In this document: one piece after another, positions 57,213 to 64,000 of the stretch | Layout of the letters: every line of letters starts with the position of its first letter | Numbering within the stretch: the stretch's first letter is position 1 | NCBI GenBank assembly: GCA_949878575.1 | Contig: CATLAX010000001.1 | Span: 99,214 to 163,213 of the forward strand | Direction of reading: 5' to 3' | DNA length: 64,000 nucleotides | From: an uncultured Alphaproteobacteria bacterium | Lineage (GTDB): Bacteria; Pseudomonadota; Alphaproteobacteria; Rs-D84 | Position numbers and translations under genes: made by a program | The notes under the pieces: model-generated | Seen by the model: the letters and a program-made list of their open reading frames with translations, nothing else | What the model was told of the DNA's origin: nothing | The model's database searches: none

Positions 57213-58688
57213 GTGAAAAAAATCGGTGGATTTTTGCCGGGACTGTTTTGCGCATGCCTGTTTATGGCGGCGTGTGATTTGCAACCAAAAATATCATCTT
57301 TGCCGGATTCGGTCGGCGATTTCATATCAGACAGGTATCCCGCGTTGCTGGCCGACCCCGCGACCCAGCCCGAGATATATAATTCCGCCGCCACGGACTA
57401 TGGCGTTTATGCATCGCCGGAGCTGTACGGTTCCGTTGAAACCGATGACTATATTTTGTATTCCGATATAAATGATTACATGTTCCCGGCCCAGCCGGCA
57501 ACACAGCCCGCGGCCAAGGACGACGGTACGGGTGCGGATGAAACCGAAATTATAATTGCCGAATATCGTTCACCGGTTGTCGCCCCGGCGGCAAGCGGGC
57601 CCGTGGCGGACGCCCCCGGCGACATGCTGGTTGTTCCCATGTACGGCGGCGGGGCCGACGTGCATCAGATAACAGTCGGGGCGGGTGAAACACTGTACGC
57701 TATTGCAAAAAGGTATGGAATATCTGCACAGAATCTGGCCGAAATGAACAATATCGCCGCGCCGTATCAGATTCGTACCGGACAAAGGCTGCGCGTGCCC
57801 GGAAACGGCGACATACCGGCTGCGCCGACGGTTGCATCGCCGCAAAAGACTGCGCCCACGGTTGCGGATGCCGTGCGGCCCGATACCGCGACACCGGCCA
57901 AGGTTCGCGTGCAGGATGTTACCGTCAAGGCGGGCGACACGCTGTATTCCATATCGCGCGCATATTCGGTGCCTGTAAACGATTTGGCGGTAATGAACGA
58001 TCTGGCGGCGCCGTTTCGTTTGACGGTCGGACAAAAAATAAAGGTGCCGAATCTGGAGGCCGCGGCCAGTCGCATTGCGGCAAAGCCGGCGGCTGCGCCG
58101 GTGGCTGCGCCGGTGGCTGCGCCGGTGGCGGACGCCCCTGTAAAAGCGGATTTGCCAAAAGATACCGCAAAGACCGTGCCTGTGCCGGCCGCGTCAAAAA
58201 AGGCGACCGAATCGCGCAAGACGGAACAGGGACAGAAAAACAAGACAGCGCCCGCTAAAAAAATATCGTCAGACCCAAAGCAAAAATTGCCGTCAATTGC
58301 GGCGAGGTCTTCTTCTAAGTTTTCATGGCCGTTGCGCGGCAAGATTCTGTCCAGTTTTGGATCAAAGCCAAACGGTCTGGTCAACGATGGTATAAATATC
58401 GCCGCTACGCGCGGCGCCGCGGTCAAGGCGGCCGAAAACGGCGTTGTGGCATATGCCGGCAACGAGGTTAAGGGCATGGGCAATCTTGTCATTGTTCAGC
58501 ATTCCGGCGGATGGATGACAGTGTATGCGCATTTGGATTCAATGGCGGTTCGCCGCGGTGCGCGCGTTTCCGTCGGGCAGAAGATAGGAACAGCCGGCAC
58601 CAGCGGCAAGGTTGACACGCCCCAGCTGCATTTTGAAATACGCAAGGGCACAAAGGCGTACAACCCGTCACAATATTTGAAGAAATAA
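57213..58688 (+). CDS. LysM/M23 peptidase-domain lipoprotein (NlpD/DipM-like)
   Basis: lipobox MAAC, two LysM domains, FSWPLRG, NDGINI, YAHL, QLHFEIR. Confidence 0.88.
   Translation: MKKIGGFLPGLFCACLFMAACDLQPKISSLPDSVGDFISDRYPALLADPATQPEIYNSAATDYGVYASPELYGSVETDDYILYSDINDYMFPAQPATQPAAKDDGTGADETEIIIAEYRSPVVAPAASGPVADAPGDMLVVPMYGGGADVHQITVGAGETLYAIAKRYGISAQNLAEMNNIAAPYQIRTGQRLRVPGNGDIPAAPTVASPQKTAPTVADAVRPDTATPAKVRVQDVTVKAGDTLYSISRAYSVPVNDLAVMNDLAAPFRLTVGQKIKVPNLEAAASRIAAKPAAAPVAAPVAAPVADAPVKADLPKDTAKTVPVPAASKKATESRKTEQGQKNKTAPAKKISSDPKQKLPSIAARSSSKFSWPLRGKILSSFGSKPNGLVNDGINIAATRGAAVKAAENGVVAYAGNEVKGMGNLVIVQHSGGWMTVYAHLDSMAVRRGARVSVGQKIGTAGTSGKVDTPQLHFEIRKGTKAYNPSQYLKK
58091..58129 (+). repeat. 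12-bp coding tandem repeat (GGCTGCGCCGGT x3)
   Basis: encodes AAPV repeats in the linker. Confidence 0.8.
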
Positions 58689-58699
58689 AAATAACTAAT

Positions 58700-58730
58700 A
58701 ACAAAAACGCGCATGTTGCGCGTTTTTGTT
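58700..58730. terminator. bidirectional intrinsic terminator
   Basis: AACAAAAACGCGCA-TGT-TGCGCGTTTTTGTT. Confidence 0.85.
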
Positions 58731-58740
58731 TATGAATATA

Positions 58741-59073
58741 TTATTTTTTAAATATTTTTTCCGGTGTACTGATGTTGCAAAAACCCACAATTAAATCAAC
58801 CAGGGTCCATATGGATGTAATTAGAATGCCGATAATCGTAATTGTTAAAATTGTCATCGTAATTGCGGAACCCGTTTTGCCTGCGTAATATCTGTGTGCG
58901 CCGACGATACCCAAGAACCAGCATAGCACCAGGTACACGGCTATGGACTTGTCGCCGTTATAGAGTCGGTTTATGTTTTTTGACAAGCTTTTGTTCGGGT
59001 GTCCGCAACCCGGGCATGCGGCCGCCTGGTCCGATATTCTTTTGCCGCATTCTGTGCAATATTTCATCGCCAT
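58741..59073 (-). CDS. zinc-ribbon plus TM2 domain protein
   Basis: YCTECG...CPGCG; KSIAVYLVLCWFLGIVGAHRYYAGK. Confidence 0.85.
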   Translation of the reverse strand: MAMKYCTECGKRISDQAAACPGCGHPNKSLSKNINRLYNGDKSIAVYLVLCWFLGIVGAHRYYAGKTGSAITMTILTITIIGILITSIWTLVDLIVGFCNISTPEKIFKK

Positions 59074-59181
59074 GATAAACATCCTTTTGTCTTTTCGTGA
59101 CATAATATATGAAAAAATGCCGCCGGCACAAGCATATTGTTTCATGCAAAATAAAAACCGTTACAAGAACGGTTTGCTTTT

Positions 59182-59257
59182 TGGTGGGCGCGCAGGGACT
59201 CGAACCCTGGACCCACTGATTAAGAGTCAGTTGCTCTACCAACTGAGCTACGCACCC
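59182..59257 (-). tRNA. tRNA-Lys (anticodon CTT)
   Basis: GGGTGCGTAGCTCAGTTGGTAGAGCAACTGACTCTTAATCAGTGGGTCCAGGGTTCGAGTCCCTGCGCGCCCACCA. Confidence 0.97.
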
Positions 59258-59595
59258 GATGGGTCTATTCATACGAATACCCGCAAATTATATATCTTTT
59301 TCTGCTGTTTGCAAGAATTTATTGCATTTTTATTTAATGCCGGCGGCATATTTAATCGTTTTGTGTGTTTTTTATTTATAAAAACGATTCGTTTTTCTGA
59401 GCGAACAATTCGTTTTATGTCACTGTGCCCATTTATTTTACATGCAGGCCCGGTCGCACGCCATAGGCATGAATGCAGGATTTTTTATACATGCGGCAGG
59501 GAATCCATACCTATGCAAAGTTTGAAAAGGCTTTGCTAGAATTATAACGTTGACATGAAACACAAAAATACAACCACAACTAAAAAGGAGAAAAA

Positions 59596-60198
59596 ATGAA
59601 AAAAGTAGTTATCTCAACATTGGCGGTGCTGATTGCATGTCCCGCATTTGCTGGGCCCAATCAAAACAGCAGCTGGCAGTTGTTCGGCCTGGATCCGTAT
59701 ATCGGTCTGCGCGGCGGTCTGGGATACACCAACGTCAACGTAAGACACAACGGCCACAAAAAGTCAATGGAAGACATGGTTTATCAGGGCCGTGCGGCGC
59801 TGGGGTTGGAAGTATGCGACACAGTCCGCAGCGAAATTGAATGGTCCATATTCAGCAAGGCAAAGGACAACAAGCACTTTGGCGACCAGAGGGTAAAGGT
59901 TGAAACAAAGCTGCAGACATTGCTGTGGAACACATATATGGAATTCGGTTCATATCAGATTGTTCGTCCGTTCATTGGTGCCGGTGCCGGTATCGCATTT
60001 GCAAAGATGGACAAAAAGGTTGACTATGTCGGCAAATGGAGCGATGACAAGACCCGTTTCTCGGCCATGGGTACGCTGGGTGTAACGTTTGACTGGGAAC
60101 GCATCGCGGTTGATTTGGCCGCCCGTTACAACTATGTGGATATTGCATCCGGATTGCATAACTTTGGCGGCGATCTGGGTATCCGCTTTATGTTCTAA
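59596..60198 (+). CDS. outer-membrane beta-barrel protein (OmpA-like/opacity type)
   Basis: signal peptide, YIGLRGG, RPFIGAGAG, C-terminal LGIRFMF. Confidence 0.85.
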   Translation: MKKVVISTLAVLIACPAFAGPNQNSSWQLFGLDPYIGLRGGLGYTNVNVRHNGHKKSMEDMVYQGRAALGLEVCDTVRSEIEWSIFSKAKDNKHFGDQRVKVETKLQTLLWNTYMEFGSYQIVRPFIGAGAGIAFAKMDKKVDYVGKWSDDKTRFSAMGTLGVTFDWERIAVDLAARYNYVDIASGLHNFGGDLGIRFMF

Positions 60199-60369
60199 GA
60201 ACACTACGGTCCGTTGGACATGGGAACCGCGCGTTGGCCGCGGTTCTTTTTTTTCTTGCGGCGTGCGAACGAAAAAATTATAATCCGGCGGTAAAAAACA
60301 AATAAACAACGCGCGGTGCATGCACATAAGTCCAGTTGCAGCACCGCGCTTTTTTTTAAGGGGGTAGTC

Positions 60370-60804
60370 ATGGATAAATTTCCGAAAAATTTAAAAGAGG
60401 CGGTAATTGCGTCTGTTCCGAACGCAATGGTTATGGTTTGTGCGATGGTGGCGTTAAATCTGTGGATTTACGGTGCGCTGACGCTGTCGCATTTTGCGGT
60501 GGTGGCGCCGTTAATGTTTGCTGTTGCGTTTTCTTTTGATTTTTTTATTGTCGGGCCGTTTGTCATGAAAATTGTCAGAAAGTACGATATAGTACGCGCC
60601 ATGCCTTTTATACGTGTTGCGATTATGGCGGGCGTACTGACGTTTGTTGCGCCGATTTTGGAATCGGGCACCGTTGTCACGGCGCATCAGTACATAACGG
60701 CGGCGCCGCGCAATTATCTGGCGGCACTGATGCTGCAGATATTTGTGGCGCTGCCGGCGGGACTGGCTGTGCTGGGGGCGGCGCGTCGCGTGATGATAAA
60801 ATAA
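60370..60804 (+). CDS. small 4-TM membrane protein
   Basis: hydrophobic ORF with an internal two-fold pattern; RBS GGGGG. Confidence 0.7.
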   Translation: MDKFPKNLKEAVIASVPNAMVMVCAMVALNLWIYGALTLSHFAVVAPLMFAVAFSFDFFIVGPFVMKIVRKYDIVRAMPFIRVAIMAGVLTFVAPILESGTVVTAHQYITAAPRNYLAALMLQIFVALPAGLAVLGAARRVMIK

Positions 60805-60830
60805 ATCCCGCATTGCGGGATTTATTTTAT
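60796..60830. terminator. bidirectional intrinsic terminator
   Basis: ATAAAATAAATCCCGCA-T-TGCGGGATTTATTTTAT. Confidence 0.75.
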
Positions 60831-61183
60831 GATAATTGTGCCAGTGCTATTTTTCCCAGGAACGCCGCCTCTATGTCGCCCAGCAGGGATTTTGTCCCTT
60901 CATCCAGATCGTCGTTTTCCATCAGGTCTTCTGTTCTGGATATTATTTGTTCGCACATTTTTACCAAATCGCGGTTTATCATTTTTGGCGCCAACAGGTC
61001 GGCCTTGAACACTTTCTTTTCACCGCGCGCCATGAAATAGCTTTCGGCTATGCTGTCGGCCCATGTGTCAACATCTTCGGTTAAACGGTCAAACAGCAGA
61101 TGCTTTGAATAGCTGTCCGTGGACCAGTGGTTTATTTTGCATGCGTACTTAAACGCAATCAGGTTTTGTATTAGCTCATACAT
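60827..61183 (-). CDS. short Dps/ferritin-like protein
   Basis: HW...HLLFD...DSIAE ferroxidase-like pattern; RBS GGAGGA. Confidence 0.7.
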   Translation of the reverse strand: MYELIQNLIAFKYACKINHWSTDSYSKHLLFDRLTEDVDTWADSIAESYFMARGEKKVFKADLLAPKMINRDLVKMCEQIISRTEDLMENDDLDEGTKSLLGDIEAAFLGKIALAQLS

Positions 61184-61355
61184 TTTATATTCCTCCGGTA
61201 ATGATTTTATCAGTACGGCGGCCGGATGGTTATAGGATGATATTCTGGTGCTATGTGCATAAAATCAGGGATTTTTTGGGAATTCAAACCTGGCGAAAAC
61301 GTGTAAAAAATATAGTACAATGATTTGCGTAACCAAAAGGAAAAAGGAGACCAAT

Positions 61356-61895
61356 ATGCAAAAACTTGTTAAAAAAATCTTTATGTTTACATCCGTGCTG
61401 GGTGTGGCCGCAATACTTAGCGGGTGCAGTACAATGTGCGGGCAGAAAAAGAAGCATCACCAGAAACCGGCGGCTGCAACGGAAACGGTCGTATTCTATC
61501 AGACATATGAACAGGCCGACATTAACCGCGTTTCTGCAAAAATGTACACCCGCAGCAGCGCCGGCGGCGAATCAAAGATGGGATATATAAAGTTTGTTGA
61601 AACAGACAGCGGCCTGAAAATGGATGTTGATCTGAAAGACCTGCGCCCGGGTGTGACGTACACGATTAAGATATATCAGTGCGGCAGCTGCAACAACGAC
61701 AGCATGTGCTGCGACAAGGCCAGCATGCCGGTAAGCCTGCCGAAACTGAAGGTTGAAAAGAGCGGACGTCTGGAGGAAACGTTTATCATCCGCGGCCTGA
61801 CGGCGGCCCAGCTGAATAACGCCAAGATTTATCTGGAACGTGACGGCGGATATAAGGCGGCATGGGGTACTTTTGACCGCGGCATGATGCTGTAA
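61356..61895 (+). CDS. lipoprotein with Cu/Zn-SOD-like fold lacking metal ligands
   Basis: lipobox LSGC; GYIKFVETDSGLKMDVDLKDLRPG...IYQCGSC...LPKLKVEKSG. Confidence 0.6.
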   Translation: MQKLVKKIFMFTSVLGVAAILSGCSTMCGQKKKHHQKPAAATETVVFYQTYEQADINRVSAKMYTRSSAGGESKMGYIKFVETDSGLKMDVDLKDLRPGVTYTIKIYQCGSCNNDSMCCDKASMPVSLPKLKVEKSGRLEETFIIRGLTAAQLNNAKIYLERDGGYKAAWGTFDRGMML

Positions 61896-61921
61896 TCTGT
61901 CCGGCTTTTAATTCATAGGTC

Positions 61922-61954
61922 GCGCACCCCGGGTTTTCCCGGGGTGTGTTTTTT
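61922..61954 (+). terminator. intrinsic terminator
   Basis: GCGCACCCCGGG-TTTT-CCCGGGGTGTGT plus T tract. Confidence 0.8.
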
Positions 61955-62010
61955 TATAATTTTATCTGTGATTATATTCCTATATGTGTTAGTCTGCACT
62001 TTTGATTGGA

Positions 62011-63582
62011 ATGAGAGATACGGTAAAGCTTTTGGTCGCCTTGTGCTGCGGAATTATTTTTTCGCATTTAAATTCACGCGCTTATTGTGCGCCCGGTTCG
62101 CAATACGTTGACTTGTACGACAGCGTGTCATTTGCGGACGGGGATGTTTTTAACGCCGCGGGAATCAACGTTAATTCATCTTTGTTTATGGAAAATGACG
62201 GCGTTGTAAATTCCGATATATTCGTGTGTCCCGCATGTGATTTTTATGTGCGCAATTCCGGGGAAATCACCGGTCTGATACATTTGACGGGCGGCGCGTC
62301 CATGACGCAGATTGTACTGAATGCAGAAGATCTGACGATGCTGGATGCTGATGCGCCGTATACGGTTGTCGCCGATGGCGCACACGGATTGGCGTGGGAT
62401 GATTTGGTGGCTGTTGCCGGGAATGCGGGCACGCTTGTCATCCGGGACAGCGAAGTGCTGGTGGCGCCGGACGGTGTTTCGGCAGCGCGCTTTGCGTGGC
62501 GGGCGCCCGTTATAGAATTGCAGGGGGGTGTGACAGTACGGCTGGACGATGCGTACGAATATTCCGGCCGCCCCGTATTGCGCAATGTGACGGGTGACGG
62601 AACGGTTGTGATTGCAGGCTGGACGCCATCCGGCCTGTATGCGGTGTCGTCGCAGATGCGAGGTTCTGACTTGTATCTGAATCTTGTTCGTGAAACCGAT
62701 TATTACAAAATTTTGGGGAACGATCTCGGGCGCGGATTAAACGCGCTGCGTTCGGCGGTTCCGGACGATTCGCTGCTGCGCAAGCTGGATGCGGCCCACG
62801 ATGTCGGCGAATTGCACCATATCATGTCGCGCAGTGTCGCTATAAAACCCTTTTTAATGGCGGCACCCATGCGCATGCTGAACAATTTTATGAAAAACGA
62901 CGGAATGGGGCGGGGCGCCGGTGGCGCCGCCGGTGTTTACGGCGGGCCGTTTTATTTGTCGTCGTCCGATTTTTCCGCCTATGGTGCGGCGCTGGGAATG
63001 GGCGTGGTGCCGGCTGAAAACATGACCGCGCGTCTGGGGTTGTATGGCGCAATGCTGGATTGCAATGATGATATAAACAATTATGACGCGGAAATGTACG
63101 GCGCGAATGTAATGCTGGGCTATGCGTGGGACGGTTTGTTTTTGCGTGCCATTGCGGGTGCGACATATGCGTCGTTTGATGTGCCGTATGTTATGCGTCC
63201 GGATTTTAAACAGGGGCCTGTGCATGGCGTGTCGCTGTATGGCGAGTCGGATTTTGGCGTGCGTTTTGAACCTTGTGATTTTCTAACACTTGCCCCGTAT
63301 GTCGGTGTTGAATACGATTATGCAAAACTGGGGCCGGATAACGATTTTGTTATAAATGGTCGCACGGGGCTTGATGTGGTGCTGGGGTATGAAGGTGTTG
63401 ATTTGCGCTATGAATACAAGACGGGCGTCGCAATAAATGATGCGGGAAACATTAGCGCAATGGTGGGCGTGGGCATGTGGTCCGCATCTGACGATGCCGG
63501 TGCGGATGCGGGCGTGCATGTTGCGCGGTATGACGGGGTGGTGTCGTATATGTTTAAAATATCCGCCGGAATAGGGTTTTAA
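62011..63582 (+). CDS. autotransporter-like outer-membrane protein
   Basis: signal peptide, beta-rich passenger, C-terminal barrel strands (LAPYVGVEY), ends AGIGF. Confidence 0.7.
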   Translation: MRDTVKLLVALCCGIIFSHLNSRAYCAPGSQYVDLYDSVSFADGDVFNAAGINVNSSLFMENDGVVNSDIFVCPACDFYVRNSGEITGLIHLTGGASMTQIVLNAEDLTMLDADAPYTVVADGAHGLAWDDLVAVAGNAGTLVIRDSEVLVAPDGVSAARFAWRAPVIELQGGVTVRLDDAYEYSGRPVLRNVTGDGTVVIAGWTPSGLYAVSSQMRGSDLYLNLVRETDYYKILGNDLGRGLNALRSAVPDDSLLRKLDAAHDVGELHHIMSRSVAIKPFLMAAPMRMLNNFMKNDGMGRGAGGAAGVYGGPFYLSSSDFSAYGAALGMGVVPAENMTARLGLYGAMLDCNDDINNYDAEMYGANVMLGYAWDGLFLRAIAGATYASFDVPYVMRPDFKQGPVHGVSLYGESDFGVRFEPCDFLTLAPYVGVEYDYAKLGPDNDFVINGRTGLDVVLGYEGVDLRYEYKTGVAINDAGNISAMVGVGMWSASDDAGADAGVHVARYDGVVSYMFKISAGIGF

Positions 63583-64000
63583 TCTGCGAATTCACCGCGC
63601 AATGACGCCTTGTTCGCCGCCGTGACTTTTATATCCGCCATTTGTGGCGCGGCGTCGTTCGCCGGCACGATGCACTGCTGCATATATGGGGTGCGGTATA
63701 CGAGATGACGGCCGGTTTTGTCGGGCCCCTCGTACAGGCACGGCATTGTTTTGCCGATGCAGGCCTCGTTAAAGCTTCTTTGTATTTCGTTTAATTCCGC
63801 ATCCAGTATTGCCAGCCGCGCCGCCTTTATGGTTTCCGGCACCTGGTCGGGCATTAATGCGGCGGCTGTATGCGGGCGGGGGGAATATTTGAACGAATAA
63901 GAGTTGATGTATTTTATTCGTCTGGCGATTTCAAGTGTCTGGTTGAAATCCTCGTCCGATTCGCCCGGAAAGCCCACGATAAAATCGCTGGATATCTGAA
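63579..64000 (-). CDS. miaB: tRNA methylthiotransferase MiaB, 3' part (5' end outside the window)
   Basis: ISSDFIVGFPGESDEDF, SYSFKYSPRPHTAAA, TRAM-like end. Confidence 0.85.
   Translation of the reverse strand, partial: QISSDFIVGFPGESDEDFNQTLEIARRIKYINSYSFKYSPRPHTAAALMPDQVPETIKAARLAILDAELNEIQRSFNEACIGKTMPCLYEGPDKTGRHLVYRTPYMQQCIVPANDAAPQMADIKVTAANKASLRGEFAD

Noticed and set aside
58091-58129. Tandem repeat as CRISPR or contingency locus
   Set aside because: In-frame 12-bp unit without spacers, encoding a linker
59182-59257. tRNA-Lys as the attachment site of an integrated element
   Set aside because: No duplicated tRNA 3' end and no integrase seen in the window
59455-59520. Imperfect stem-loop (CATAGG...CCTATG) upstream of the OMP gene
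   Set aside because: Bulged and weak, no recognisable motif; could arise by chance
1-64000. Many long antisense or overlapping ORFs, and a possible alternative genetic code
   Set aside because: They are shadow ORFs of GC-rich coding strands; TAA, TAG and TGA all end recognisable genes at expected lengths

Overview
Gene-dense chromosomal window from an alphaproteobacterium. Support: alpha-type L31, DksA, MucR, an RHH protein, and the xerD, secDF and tat context. Compact genes and Cys-rich secreted proteins suggest a small-genome, host- or gut-associated lineage such as Rs-D84/'Ca. Enterousia' (inference only). Most of the window is housekeeping: trxB, serS, xerD, lptG, greA, mutL, yajC-secD-secF, ftsK, dnaQ, uvrD, rpmE, rarA, trmB, gltX, thrS, tatA/tatBC, dksA, trxA, sufS-sufT-sufE, ftsL-ftsI, recJ, lolA, tRNA-Lys(CTT) and partial miaB. 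No prophage, transposase or CRISPR array is visible. Main observations: (1) two C4/CI-antisense-RNA-like cassettes outside any phage, each with different but internally matched seed/target pairs; one pairs with the RBS of a DUF1796 gene and the other is orphaned; (2) a Thr-rich leader peptide before thrS using all four Thr codons in tandem; (3) five VirB6/TrbL-like paralogues with no other vir gene in the window; (4) a catalytically dead HNH-toxin homologue beside a SUKH immunity homologue; (5) an in-frame YbeY-Lnt fusion; (6) several intact pseudo-enzymes (S41, SuhB, DeoC-like, SodC-like); (7) a stand-alone membrane-anchored GH24 lysozyme. All family calls come from motif recognition by eye, not database searches.
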